This document shows positions 23,989-37,950 of a stretch of DNA of 64,000 bases, in pieces (the stretch's first letter is position 1; each line of letters opens with the position of its first letter). The position numbers and the translations under genes are program-made. The notes under the pieces were generated by a model. That model did no database searches, was not told where the DNA came from, and worked only from the letters and a program-made list of their open reading frames with translations. Origin of the DNA: Rhodospirillales bacterium (GTDB lineage: Bacteria > Pseudomonadota > Alphaproteobacteria > Bin95); assembly GCA_038143065.1 (NCBI GenBank), contig JAYQLI010000042.1, forward strand, positions 1 to 64,000, in the 5' to 3' direction.

Positions 23989-26900
23989 ATGGACCAAATA
24001 TTTAGATGTTTAATCCTCGTGGTTTCGCTGATGCTTCCTTCATTATTGCATTCTGAAAGCTTTGGTCGACACGTTTCAATTGAAAATATTGAAGTAAATT
24101 CTTCGACCACGATACCTGCTGGCTCAACTGTAAATTTCTTGGGCACCATTAATGTCTCACAGTCAGTTTTCCCCAAGCGGTAAGCTGGCAACATTTACTT
24201 TCGAAGACCGCATTTTTAATGCCGATGCAGCACTTTTCTATCAACCAACAAAAACTCATCCTTTACGACATCCGCCCGAGGCTTAGATGCGGGAACCACG
24301 CTTCCATATGCACAACCATGACTACTCAAAGTAATGGAAATAGCCTGACCTTCGCCAACGGAAATTATCAAAGGTATTGTTGAAGTCAAAGCAAATAATA
24401 ACATCGTTGATGGCTATACAGTTACACAACCAGAAGACATTTTTTCCTGGCAAGACAGTCAGAGTGAATTTTGCATCAATGGTTTAGACCACTCGACATT
24501 GTACCAAATCACGTTGCTGTCAGGTCTCGAAGCTAAGCGACAATCATACTCGGTTACTTTGGATCAGCCTATTTCCTTTCAAGTGAAAACGCCAAGCATG
24601 AGCCCCAAACCAACCGTTGATGGCTCTAAAACCATTCTTACCAATGCCGAGAATGCCGTTATCCCTTTAGAATACGTTAATGTTAATGAAATCGAAATAT
24701 CGTTGCACAGAGTGGATCTGGCTTCACTGACTTCGTACAGTTCCATTTTCAATGTTTTGGACAGTTACGATGTTAGTAGGCTCAGCAATTACTGGGGAGA
24801 CGTTCTCACTAAAAAGACTATAAAACTTGATAGTACACTCGACAAAAAACAAAGCATCAATCTAAACTTTTCTAATCTGATAAGCGCCAATGAGCGAGGT
24901 GTATTTGTTGCAACATTCACATCACCAGACATTGAAATTCGTTCCTACCAAAATCAACCAACACAATGGTTCTCGATTTCAGATATCTCGGTGCAAGTAT
25001 TTAGTGGACTCAATAAGACTGACATCCTTCTTAAAAGTTTTGAAAATACCAATCCGATTGATGGCGCCACCGTTGAAATTATTGCTGGTAATAACCGAGA
25101 ACTCTTCAAAGGAACGTCTGACTAATGGTGGTAGATTAAGCGTATCCAACAATTTGCTCGCTGGATCAGGCGGATTTAAACCTGAATTTCTTGTCGTCAG
25201 TTCTGACAAATTCGGGACCAGTATCTTGCAAGTGCCCGATCTTAAGCAAAAGCCTAGGTTCCTTCGTGGTGGCGAAATAAAACAAAATCTCGAAGACGTT
25301 TATGTAACAACCGACCGTGAAATTTATCGATCTGGCGAAACGGTTTCCGTTTTCGGTGTAGTTCGGGAGTTAGACCTCGATGTTATTGGAAGTGATGAAC
25401 TTTATATTCACTTGGTAGATCGCAACGGCAATCAAATTAAAAAAGGCAAACCTGGAATTAGATAATTATGGGGCTTTTGAAACAGATCTCGAACTTGGTC
25501 AAAGCTTCAGGCTTGGACAGTATACTATCCAAATTAGAAGTGTAGATGACTTTATTCTTGCCAACCATGTTATCAGACTTGAAGATTTTGTTCCCTTAAC
25601 TATCGAGCCTAAATTACAAACCAACAATGAAATTTGGTCACTGAACAGTACTCAAAAAATTCAATTATCTGGGGATTACTACTCTGGGAGTGCTACGGGA
25701 GGGATGAAGGCACAAATCTCGACCTATGTTAAAACGACCGACAACATAGGCGTGCCAGAATTAGAAGATTTTGTGTTTGGCAATGTCGGTAGTTCAACCA
25801 CAGCGGCGTTAAACGAATTTCAGTCTGAGCTAGACATGGAAGGCCAAATGGCTGCAACACTTCTAACCGACTTTGATACAGATCCGTCCTCGTCTATACG
25901 AAGTCTCAATTGATGGCACCGTTTTTGACGTTGGCGGTAGAGCAAACACGGCTCGGCTAAATATCCCACTTGATACAATAAGCAGCTACGTCGGCATCAG
26001 AAAAGACTTTGAAACGTACATTGATGAGGCTCTACCCCATCGTTTACGATTGCAAACGTAACTCGAGCAGGTCAACCTCTCGACTTTGATAACGTGTCTT
26101 ATAGCGTCCGCAAAATTTATTATGACTACAATTGGTACTACAACAGCGGTTGGCGCTGGAACAGGGTGCGAGTAGATACTGAGGTCATAGAGGCCGGTAT
26201 CGTTTCTGGCAAACAACTGACTGTAAAGAACTCCTCAATTGGGGACGTTAAGAAATTACCGTATCCAACGAAGCCGGGTTCAAAACAGTAAGTGAATTCT
26301 TTTCTGGTTGGGGAGCCGATGCTAAACCAGCCTCGGAGCCGGAAGAACTCTCTCTGTCTTACACAAACGGGATCTTAAGAGGTAATGCAGGATATTCTGG
26401 AACTTTGTCTGTGTTGGTCGCTGATCAAGATATTGTCTCTCTGGAAACCGTGTCCGTGGTCAAAGGTGACTTCGAGGTGGAGATACCCCTACCCAAATAT
26501 AACTGAGCCCGGGGCACACCTCTTTAGCTTCTTTGGTGCGTCCTATAGAAAAGGTTCTGAACATTTACCGCAAATCTCCATAGGCAAAACTTGGGTCTCA
26601 AACGGGTCTGAGCGCAATATGAGCCTGAAAATTAATTCTCTAGTCGATGTTAATAGCGCTACGCCGATAACAGTTGCCTTGGACACAAAATCAAAATCTG
26701 GGACAGCTAAAATATTTGTAATTGATGAAGGCATCCACGCTTTAACCGGTTACCAAAACAAAAACTTGAAAGACCACTTTTTGAGTGAGCGAGCGTTAAA
26801 TTTTGGGATATTCACAAATTTTGGGCAACTCATCTCACAAAATTCAGATCTTTCTACGCTCCGAGTTGGCGGTGATGGAGATATGTTATCCGCCGCTGCC

Positions 26901-29000
26901 GCTGCTGATAAATCTGAATTCTTCAAGACAGTAACATACGCAAGTCCCCTGCTCGATATCCAAAACGGACAAGCAGAATTTACCTTCCCGCCAACAATTG
27001 AATGGGAGGGTAAGCTAAGGGTTGTGGCTTTTAGCATCGATGATAGAGGCTTTGGATCCAGAAGAATTTATGACAGTTCAAGATCCAGTCAGTATCGATG
27101 TATCGATGCCTAGATTTGTAACTCCAATTGATAATGTTGTGGCAAAAAACTCAATGTCAGATGGAATGAATTCAAAGGTCCAATTGAGTTTAACAACACG
27201 GGTTTTAGATATAGAAACAACCTCTATAATTTCGCAACCCGAGACCAACTCATACAAACTGGAGCTTCCTATTTCAGCGAAAGGCTTAGGCAGAGTTCAA
27301 TCAGTGTCGCAGTAATGGCGGGCGGTCAGGAATACACCAGAAACTACAGTATCGTTTCTCGTTCAAGTTCGTACCCAGTTACCGAGATATCATCCACAAA
27401 ATTAGAGAAGAAAAATTGGCTTGGCCTTGGCAGTGTGCAAGTGCAACCATATCAGTCTTCATTGATAGATTTGGATGAACCTGGAAATGAGTACTCTGTT
27501 AGTCTGACCTCATCGCTAGGCATGAACCTCCAACAAGTCGTAGTTGACCTTGATCGCTACCCATATGGGTGCGTTGAGCAAGTATCTTCGAAAACAAGAG
27601 GCCTGATAGCCTTATCTCAGGTTCGCGGCATTACTGAAGAAACGACCAAAAAAAATCCAAATTGGCATTGATAACTTAATTGCAAAAGCAAAAAATTATC
27701 TGGCGCTTTTGGCTATTGGGGATCGCAATTCAGCCGTGTACGAAAGATTTCAACCGTATGCTGTCGATACACTCAAAAACGTTGCCTTTTGCGAATGATA
27801 AGGAAAAGGTAAGGACCGCGATTAAAAACGGTTTGGAATATCTATACCGAACAAGCTTCGGGACGCCGAGACTAAATTGTACAGTTATGGTCTGCTCGCG
27901 AAAGCAGGTTACGAAGTTACTTCGAGAGCGAGGTATTCAATCGATCAAGAACTAAAAATGATGTTTTCCAGTATGTGATGCCACCCAAAGACGCGGCAAC
28001 GTATATTGATGATTTAGTGCTATCTTACTGGGTTGCTGCTAATTTGAATGACACAAAAAGAATGCTTCAAATTTCTTGATAGTGCTCGATTTTCACTAGG
28101 ACAAATCACTTCGCAAGAGCCCAGCACTGCAACTAATTTCAGGAGCATGGATTTCGACAACGAAACCGCAGGTTTCGATTTATGGGTAAATCTTCGCTGC
28201 GCTATGCCCATTTATTGACGGACTTGTCAGCCGACCAATTGGCTCCTGTGTTCGAAACCATTATTGAAAATACGCATGAATATTTGGTTCAGCGACAGTA
28301 CAGATCGACGCACACAAATGCTAAACTAGTCACTTTGCAAAAGCATAAGGAGCGCTCACTTTCGGGCACCGTAGTCAGTTTAGATGGCGTTAAATACGAG
28401 TTAGATGAAACTGGTTCACTGCCAATTAGTTTGAAACAACTCGCTGACGGTTTTAAAATTTCTCACAATGCGTCTTCGGCACTTTATTTGAATGTAAAGT
28501 CGACAGGGAAACGGCGGGAATAAAAGCGCAGGATAATGGCTATCAGGTTCAAAAATGGTGGTATGATAGAAATGGTGATTACGTTGATCTCACATCAGGC
28601 GTTCTACCGGCCAAACAGGGCGATTTGTATACGGTTGTCATTTCGATTGATCGAACAAAAAGTGGTCATGGATCAGATCTTTTACTAACAGATCTTCTGC
28701 CAGCCGGATTTGAAATTGAAAAAGCTGTTTTAGCAGATCCAAAAAGTAGATGGGGTATTGTCAGCAACACTTGATTTCGAACAGGGCAAAAAAGCTTTTT
28801 ATACCGCCGAAATGGATGATCGTTTCATTGCTCATTTTCAGTCTCGTTGGTATGGAGGTTCCTTTGCCTACATTCGCTACACTGTACGAGCCGCGTATGA
28901 AACGAATGCAATTATTCCAGATGCAGTTGTCGAAGAGATGTATGCACCAGAGGTCAATGGTCGATCTGAAATTACAGAAAGCATTGTTTCCTCTAGATGA
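23989..29000 (+). CDS. Bacterial alpha-2-macroglobulin (YfhM-like)
   Basis: YVTTDREIYRSGETV (MG2), EDFVP, IDEGIHALT, thioester RYPYGCVEQ, DLLPAGFEIE, EEMYAP; followed by pbpC. Confidence 0.9.
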
Positions 29001-30973
29001 TCGGAAGGCGAATAATATACGCCGCTATGCTCGTAGCAACGGCAAGTTTGGGAGGCTTGGGTTTCTATATTCTACAACCTCCTGAAGTGGGGCGATTGAG
29101 CGAAACCTCCCAAGTCATCCGATCTGAAGCTGGCGAGATCATGAACCTGCGATTAACTTCAAAAGGGTTTTGGCGGGAAAAGGTATTCTTATCGGAATTA
29201 GATCCAAATTTGATAAAGACCCTAATTGCCTATGAGGATCAACGGTATTGGAAACATCATGGTGTTGATCCACTAGCGTTAGTTCGAGCCATCTTTGACT
29301 ATATCAAAAGTGGAGACATATCTTCAGGAGCCTCGACCTTAACTATGCAAACTGTTCGCCTAATGGATCCTAATTTAGCGAGGGAGGACATTTACAACTA
29401 AGCTGCGACAAATGCTTGCTGCAATTAGACTGGATGCGCACTGGAGCAAGGAAGCCATTCTTGAAGCCTACTTCACGCTTGCGCCCTATGGTGGCAATAT
29501 TGAGGGCGTTAGCGCAGCGTCTGAGGCCTGGTTTCAAAAGCCTCCCAAAGATCTAAGACTTAACGAAATTGCTTTGCTGGTAGCGCTTCCACAATCTCCC
29601 GAACGCAGACGTCCAGATAGACATCCTGACAATGCTTGGCAGCTAAAATCGGTGTTCTAAAAAAAGTTCAAGGGCGGTTGAGTATAGATGATGGTGCATT
29701 AAACGAAGCTTTAATGGAACAGTTGCCAGCTCGATTAGTTAAGCCAAAATCATACGCACCTCATCTCGCTGACCGTCTTGCTGGGTCCACACTACCGGGA
29801 AATAAAACGACAATAAACGAAGAGTGGCAAAAACAAGTTCAAAACATTGTAGAAGCAAAAATCCAGAATTTTCCCGCCCCTATACAAGCTGCTGCCCTTA
29901 TTGTTGAAAGACGAACAGGCAACGTCAAAGCATACGTAGGCTCAAGCGAATATAGATCCAAAGAACGGAAGGGCGCCAATAATTTCTTTTGACCGCTGTG
30001 CGTAGTCCTGGCTCAACTTTGAAACCCTTGATATACGGTAAGGCGCTTCAGCGAAATTTGATAGAATTTAATGAAGTGTTCAACGACGCTAATTTTTACC
30101 GTGGCGGATATAATCCGACTAACTTTTAACAATACCTACTCTGGAAAAGTGACATTGAAAGAAGCTTTGTTAAGTCTTTAAATATCCCAGCGTTAATTAC
30201 TTTAGAAAAACTCAACCCACGCATTTTTTGAAGCTGAACTTAAAAATCTAATCAACTTACCTTTCTTCTCAGATAAGGAAGCAGGATTGAGCTTTGGCTG
30301 TTGGCGGATTTTATTTAAATGCCGAACAGCTTACTGAGCCTATACTTAATGGCAATTGACCCCATGATGAGAGGAGACATTTCGTTCATTTCCGGCCAAA
30401 GTCAAAAAGCGGTGCCAAAGATGCTAGCTTTTTAAATAATCAGGCAGCAGACCAAATAGTGCATCTTTTGATACAAAACCTCCCCAATGGAGAGCGGGTT
30501 GCGTTTAAGACGGGAACATCTTTTGCTAGGCATGATGCATGGAGCATTCAGATCTTTAAATCCCACATAGTTATTTCATGGTTTGGAACCCAGATAACCA
30601 GCCAACCGAAATATTGACAGGTAGGGATGCCGCCTTCCACTTTCAAACGAAATTGGCTTAGCGCTCGCCCTCAAAGCACCAGAAATACCAAAAATCCAAA
30701 TTTCAAATGAGGCTTCTCTGACCGAAGAAGGCATCGTCTGTACAACACTGATTGATTATCCAGGAGAATGGTGCATGGATCAAATCAGATAATGCTGTAA
30801 TTCGAGGATAGGCTCGCAAACTGCAGACTGGTATTTGAATGCCAAAAAATTTGACCCGTCGCAAAAGAAAGTTCAGCTATTAGAACCTGGTATCCAAAGA
30901 TTAACTGCTAAATCTTTCTGAATGCTCACAAACAAACGAGTTTTTTTGTGGAATTCAGACGGAAGCAAATTAA
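28997..30973 (+). CDS. pbpC: Penicillin-binding protein 1C
   Basis: YEDQRYWKHHGVDP, SGASTLTMQ, APYGGNIEG, SPGSTLKP, AFKTGTS; ATGA overlap with the A2M gene. Confidence 0.9.
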
Positions 30974-32373
30974 TGGATCAATCTTCTAAAACGAAGTTTG
31001 TATTTTACGATCTCGAGACAACGGGCATCTCACCAGCTTTTTGATCAGCCCCTTCAATTCGCTGCAATTGTGACTGATCTTGAACTAAACGAAATCGAAC
31101 GCGTCGATATCCGCTGCCAGTTATCTCCGCATATACTGCCCTCCCCAAAGGCTTTAGCAGTCACAGGGGTAAGGCCAAGCCAATTGAAAATAATAATCTT
31201 CCAAGTGCATTTGAGTTTGCGCAAACCATTCAGAAATTTACGAAACAATGGGCACTGCAATTTGGATTGGCTACAATTCCATTGCATTTGATGAAGCTAT
31301 GTTGCGGCAAATGTTTTACCAAAACCTTCAACCAAATATTTTTGCGACGCAGTTTCACGACAATACCAGATTGGATGTCATGAAAATGATCTTCGCCGTG
31401 CATGCTGAAGCGCCAGAAGTGTTAAAGTGGCCGATAAACGACAAAGGCAAAGTGAGCTTCAAATTGGATCAACTTGCGCCCTTGAATGGGTTTCACGCTC
31501 ATAATGCGCACGACGCCCTTGGAGATGTGGAGGCAACGATTTTCATTGTTGATAAAATAAAGACCCAAAAACCGGATCTTTATCAAAAGATGTTTGAGGC
31601 ACGTGACAAAGAGCACAATTTGCAGATTTTAAAGAGCTTTAAACCAGTAGATGTAACGCTGCGTTTTGGGGGCAATGCTCCCAAGACATATACCGGGTGT
31701 CTTTGCGGACTACCTAATAACAACAAAAATATGGTTGGTTTTTTCGACCTTAATCAATCAGATCCAATGGAACTCATTCACGGAACTGAGCAAGACATAA
31801 TAGAAGCAATGACAAAAGCCCACAACGGATAAGATCTTTAAGGCTAAATCAGGGGACACTATTAGACCCGCTTCCGCCGAAAACTTTGAATGGGAACACA
31901 TCTGTGCTGTTATCGAAAGTAATGAAGCTTTTCAGGCGATGGTATCTAAATGTCTGGAAAACAAATACTCTGATGCGGAAGACATAAGATCTACTGGTTG
32001 AAGAAAAGATCTTCGCTGGTTTCTATTCCTATCAAGATAAAGAACTGCTTCAGAAATTCCAAACAAGCAATTGGACGGAACGTTTAGCCCTTCTGGGCGA
32101 GGTTCGAGACGAACGCATCCAGCAACTGGGTCGCAGATTAGTAGCATTTAATGCAAGACATCTCTTGATGATAAATATCAAAATGTCGTGCAAGAATACC
32201 TAGCCGATAAATGGTCTGCGGGTGAAGCTGATGTTAGATGGGCAACAATAGCATCCGTACACGCACAGCTCAGTGAGTTGGGAAAAGAAGGCTTTGATGA
32301 AAGCTTGCTTGAAGAAATGAGGACATTCTACCGAAATCGGATAAAGGCTCAGGGATGTTCAGTCGACTTTTAA
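30973..32373 (+). CDS. sbcB: Exodeoxyribonuclease I-like (DEDD) exonuclease
   Basis: FYDLETTG..FDQPLQFAA, GYNSIAFD, AHDALGDVEAT. Confidence 0.8.
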
Positions 32374-32904
32374 TATTCGTCACAGTCACTTTACTGGCTG
32401 CGAGGTACAGCTTTCAGCGACCAAATTCCCAAATATGATAGAGATCTATTTGGTGGCTGGTCTGACACAGACCGTGACTGCCAAAATATGCGGCACGAAC
32501 TTCTCCAAGACCTTTCAACAGCTACCTTAGGTTTTTCACAAAACACCTGCAGAGTTACCCGAGGTAGATGGCTTGATCCCTATACGGACAAAATATTCTA
32601 TGAGAGCCGTTTGCTAGATATCGATCACTTGTTCCCCTAAAATACAGCTGGGACCGAGGCGCGCATTCTTGGACTTCAAAAGCGTCGACAATTTTCAAAT
32701 GATCCAATCAATCTGTTTGCAGTTAAAAAAAGTGTAAACCGCCAGAAATCCGCATATGGACCAGTTGAATGGCTGCCACCAAATATAAAGTTTCGATGCC
32801 AATATATAGTAAGGTTCCAGAGGGTGGTTAAATTATATGGTCTCAATCAAAGTGCCGCTGAACTTCAATTGATAAATCAAGCTCAGCAGCAATATTGCGA
32901 GTGA
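32355..32904 (+). CDS. Exported HNH endonuclease (DUF1524-like)
   Basis: Signal-like N-terminus; WSDTDRDCQNMRHE, WLDPYT, DIDH, NLFAV..VNRQKS..P.EWLP. Confidence 0.8.
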
Positions 32905-33108
32905 TTAGATGACCATAAACAAAGCCATGAAGACAAACTGCATCAACTGATCAAAAGGGTTAACGGTGACTGTGTCTGGAGGCAGGAGATACCACCTCAA
33001 TAGTTTCAAGAACCGTTTTGTCGGTTCAATCAGTTCTTCAGGCATTCCCCCTGCAGTAACTGACATCGCCATTAAACTGATTAAAGCGGCGGTTATTAGA
33101 TTTTTCAT
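32905..33108 (-). CDS. Small exported protein (signal peptide plus hydrophobic C-terminus)
   Basis: MKNLITAALISLMAMSVTAGGMPEELIEP; GGAG RBS. Confidence 0.6.
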   Translation of the reverse strand: MKNLITAALISLMAMSVTAGGMPEELIEPTKRFLKLLRWYLLPPDTVTVNPFDQLMQFVFMALFMVI

Positions 33109-33111
33109 TTA

Positions 33112-33240
33112 GGTCTCCGAGTAGGTCGCTCAAAATCTCTCTGGCGATGAGCGACCTGTATCAATCGCCAGAGAGAAGGTTTGAGACTGGCTCTGGATGA
33201 AACCAGCCTTTAAGCGGTCGCTTTCCTCGGCCGCTTAATG
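33112..33240 (-). ncRNA. Candidate structured 5' leader or sRNA (three hairpins plus pseudoknot)
   Basis: Stems 33210-33238, 33184-33209 and 33136-33176; 33148-33157 is perfectly complementary to 33123-33132. Confidence 0.45.
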
Positions 33241-33901
33241 CGCTTTTGGCGAACTAAAATGCAGAGATGATGCTGAAATTATGCAAAATTGAAGGTAAAA
33301 TGTGCAGTAAATGATGGGTTGGACATTTTTTATGCAGCAAAAATTTGCCCAGTTTCAAGCACAGCATTAATATCTTTGTAAATTAGCCAAAAGTATCATA
33401 TCAATACTTACAAGGCGGGCTAAAACACCGTCGAAACGAGCAGCAATCGACCCTAAGGCTTTCTTTTTCTCCCGGGAAGCCTTTGTTTTTGATAATAAGC
33501 TTGTTGGCGGTTTTCATAAAAAATAAAAAGAACATCAGTACAAAACTATTTGTGGCGAAAATTGATTTTCAATCAACGTAACAATGTTCGGAATAAATAC
33601 ATCATATTATTAATTGCGTTTATCCAGATTTTACTTTCGTCAGTGGTCGTAAAACAGGTAAATGCCTAACGCCGATGCAAAAGCGATAATTTCTATGGCC
33701 GTAAATACCTGAAATATAATCATCTGTTTATCCTTCCAAAAAAATTTCTTTGGTTTGAATATCCAGTAGAGTTGCAGCTAATATATCTCTTGTTTGCAAA
33801 TTAAATGATAGTTTGTGCAGTTTTGGTGCAGTTTGCCTGAAAGGCTTTGTGCTTATTTTAGGGCTATGCCAGTCTTCACGAAACTAAGATGGGTGATCAC
33901 A

Positions 33902-34588
33902 ATGGCGACAATAATTATCGTAGATGACGAAGAAGAGATACTAGACCCGCTTGAAGAAATGCTCAGCTCTGAGGGTTATAACGTCAAAGCGTTTTCATCG
34001 AGCGTTAAAGCAGAAGCCCATCTTCTTGAACATAAGGCTGACTTAGCAATCTTCGACATAAAGATGCCAGAGCTAGACGGCTTTCTCTTCTGAAATCAGT
34101 CCGATTAAATTCACCTAATTTACCCATCATTTTCTTATCATCAAAAGCTGACGAGCAAGATCAGATCATTGGCTTCACTTTAGGTGCAGACGATTATGTC
34201 ACCAAACCGTTCAGCAAACACCTATTACTTATGCGAGTTTCAGCTGTTCTGAGGCGACACCAAAATGAAAACGTTTCGAACGAAGCTGATTTGGTAACCA
34301 CCGGACCCCTTATAATTGATCAAGATCGCCACCTAGTAACCTGGAATGGGGAAGCCGTTGGTCTTACCGTAACGGAATGTTTGCTTTTGCTATCTTTATC
34401 ACAACGTCCAGGATCAGTGAAAAGTCGTAACCAGCTAATGGACGCGGCCTATCGTGAGGCTATCTATGTAAGCGATCGTACAATAGATAGTCACATTCGC
34501 AACATTCGCCAAAAAACTCAAAGTAGTCGATCCAAAATGTGACATCATTACGACTGTCCATGGCTTGGGCTACAAATTGAACACCTAA
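33902..34588 (+). CDS. OmpR-family response regulator (ChvI-like)
   Basis: IIIVDDE, FDIKMPELDG, GADDYVTKPF, VKSRNQLMDAAY..DRTIDSHI. Confidence 0.85.
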
Positions 34589-34589
34589 A

Positions 34590-35998
34590 ATGTTTTTAAA
34601 AGGTATCCTTTCAAAAATCTTAAGCCTCATGGTTTTGTTTAACCTTGCTCTATGGGCTTTTATCTTTTTCACAGATGATGCGTCCATCAGAGAAATAAAT
34701 GCCAAACGGAACCAGCTTTTCGAACGTTCTAGCCTCTTTGTAAAAATGGTGGAGCCAATTTTTGAAACTAAAGATTTAAACCCATTTGCACGGCAACTGG
34801 CTATTGAAGAAATATTTGGAGACCCGCGTATTGTTGGGAGCAAAAAACCTAATTATTACCGAATTTCTGGCAAAACCTAGTGATAGCAAAGCAACCATTT
34901 ATTTTGACGGTGGTAACAGACGTGTCCCTCAGCCTATCCAGGTTAGAAAGTTACAAGACACAGAAAACGCCTTTAAACCGTCTAAGAAGAGATTTGACCC
35001 TTCGAAAAACTTTTTTGTTTTTTATAAAAACTTTTTTGATTTGAAGATTGTCACCGATCCGTTTGTTGAACGGTATGCTGCATTTACAATTCAGTTTCAG
35101 CTACTGAACCCAGAGACAGATTTATACAAACTCACCTATCTACAGCCGATCAAAGCAGCCGGTGAAACTGTTGCAATATTACGTTTATCAGATGAATATT
35201 ACTTGTGAGAAGCATATTTTGGGAGCCAACAAATCCCGCTTAGTTGTTCTTTCAGGCCTCTCTCTCATCACTATTTTCTTTGGTTTGTGGTTAGCGATTT
35301 CAATTGCTATGCCTATTCGTCGCTTGTCACGAAAACTAAATAGAAAAATTAATGGATACTGTTGTCGAACAGTTAGGCTCTTTTCGTATTGATAAATTTG
35401 AAAACCGTAAGGACGAAGTCGGCCTTCTATGGCAACTTAACCAGCCTTCACGATCAAATTATTCAGCTATTTAACGATAAAGAGCGTTTTGCTGCAGACG
35501 TGTCCCATGAGTTAAAAACCCTATAGCATCGATCATCGCAAACTCTGACAACGCCATCATTAAAGCCGAAAACTCGACAAGTGACATTGCCGCTTTTAAA
35601 GCTATTAGAAAGCAAGCAATACGTATGAACAAGCTAATCTCGGAAATATCTGAAGCAGCCATTGTCGATTACGATTTAGTAGCAGCTAAGCGTGAAAAAT
35701 TTGATCTTTCAGAAACTTTAGAAAATCTTGTTCAGTTTTTTGAAGATCAAAACTCAAATATCTCAATAATCTCTGACATTCAGAAAACGTAATGTTTCTT
35801 GGTTTGCCAGACCGAATAGCACGTGTCTTTATAAACTTGATTGAGAATGCGGTTAGCTTCGCAGGTGAAAACGGCCAGGTAAGCGTCACACTAAAGAAAA
35901 GTTGGCGACATGGAATTATTATTACTATTGAGGACAGTGGGCCTGGGGTGGCATTCTTGAATTGTAAAACCGACTGGTTTCGCGTCTCATCTGCATGA
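34590..35998 (+). CDS. Sensor histidine kinase (ChvG-like), apparently C-terminally truncated
   Basis: Two TMs, HAMP (RKDEVG), FAADVSHELK, NLIENAVSF, EDSGPGV; no F or G2 box follows. Confidence 0.8.
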
Positions 35999-36049
35999 AC
36001 GGTGAAGTCAAAAAGCACTTATCTTGGCACCGAAATGATATTTGAAAAG

Positions 36050-36587
36050 TGAATTCACTTGAGCACTTGGTAAGTTCTGGAACTCGATCCTCGTTGGGCA
36101 CTATCGCATTTTGGTCAAAATTCCTTACCGAGCTGCGGCGGCGTCCTCACGATTGATACCAGAAAGCACAAGAAATGACTCTTCCCCAGGCCATTTCCCA
36201 TCAGGATCACGTCCAATACCCTCAATGAATTTGTATTTTTCTGAGAAATTGGATCTTTCAGTGCGCATGTTTGGCGATTGTTCGCCGAACTTAGACGGTG
36301 TCTTACCAAGCGGATTCCAACAGTTATGTAAGATGACACTTTACAGTTGCTGCTGCTTATAAAGTTCTGAAAGTTCCCGTGAATAACGGCCAATTTTGAG
36401 CCTCAAAGGTAGGATCTGTGTTAACCTGAAAATCTGTAGCGATGTATGCTTTGATCAACTCTTCATCAACTGAACTTACATAAGTCTCTGAAGATTTTCT
36501 CGACTTCCAAAACCGCGCAAACCACTGGATTAAAACACATAAAGTCAAACTTCTCATCGTAATAAGTATGTTGTTAAGAAGTCGCAT
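36050..36587 (-). CDS. DUF3293-like protein
   Basis: ELIKAY..T.F, IT.WNPLG, GIGRDPDGKWPGEESFLV, F.QNAI. Confidence 0.6.
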
Positions 36588-37289
36588 GTGACTCCATCTT
36601 CTATAGTCAGAGAAAAGTCAGCCAACTATTCTACCGCTGATACATATACCGTGAATATATTCAAATAGACCATAATTTGTAGAGCCTTTGCTGATAACTA
36701 GATAGATATCATCCATCGATTTTGGCGCTTGATCTAGCTCAACCGCAATCACAGCTTGGAAGCCACCTTTTTCCAAGAAAATTGAACTAAATCCATTTGT
36801 AGAGCTTAATTCATTTTTGACACCAGCTATATATTGATCAATCTTTTCCTAATTTTTGACGTATTTGCTGAATCGTTTGTTGTGGAAGCGTTAGCCCTGG
36901 AGGAGAGTTTAGTCTCGACTAGGTGCTTCCAATTCATAGTGTAATTCAATCTTAAGGAGAATTGCTCTAAAGTATTTTCTTCGTCGAGGAACGTCCACTC
37001 AAGACCATCTGCTTCAGTTTCTATTGAAAGCGTCCAGTCATCTTCTTCAAGGTATGAATTGATAGTTCGAATATTCTTCGGAAATCCTCTACCCTAAAAG
37101 CTTTCAAGGCCTGATCATACAAAAGGATTTCAACCTTTGAAGCTTGCTGCTTGGAATAGGACCCAGCCTTGCCAAATGTGACCTGCGGCTGGAAGTAAGA
37201 GATAAAGTACCGGTCATGACGACGCCCCTTCTACAGAAACTAACAATTTACGTTATTTAGGATACTGTTCTAATTACGGAAACTTTCCA

Positions 37290-37950
37290 AGACTTACGTT
37301 ACGCAGTGTTTTTCCAACGCCGCTGAGACTTCTGCCTTACTGATCGAATGACGTCCTCAAAATCGCTATTGGTTTTATATCTTTCAAAGTCTCTCCCATT
37401 TGAGGAAGATTGACCATTGTTATACAAATTTGCGAACGTGCCAAACTATCAGAAACTCTTTCTGACTTCCATTAAGAAGTTCTATTGATGGGCAGTCTAT
37501 TTAAACGATTATAGATCTTATACATTTTCTAGGTTCTGATAATGGAAAAGGCCTTTGATTTCCTTCTGAGTGAAACTGTATTTTCCTATTCCTAAACTCT
37601 TTGATTTTCGGTTTGAGTGACCTTCTCCCAATTCAATTAAACGATCAGATTGTTTCTGTTCCACTATCCGTTTTACGTCTTTTATTATTGTGGAAACGTT
37701 TTCGTTTAGTGGAATACTTAGGGTTATTGTTTTTGTGAGTTAGAGATCTTTGAAACCTCTTTCACCATCACTTCTTCAAACAGATATTTGTGATTTTTTC
37801 CGCAATCATCAAACTTAATGTTTCGTAACGTTTCCCCACTCTTCATAGAAGTCTTTTGATTGTTTGCAGGTTCTCAGAATATTGCAGATCTGAATGACAA
37901 ATCTGAAGACACTCAAACCACAATCTAATGTGTTGTTTTTTCGATCTCAT
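37290..37950 (-). CDS. Hypothetical island protein
   Basis: MRSKKQHIRLWFECL..FYEEWGNV..FDD..LFEE reading across frameshifts. Confidence 0.45.
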
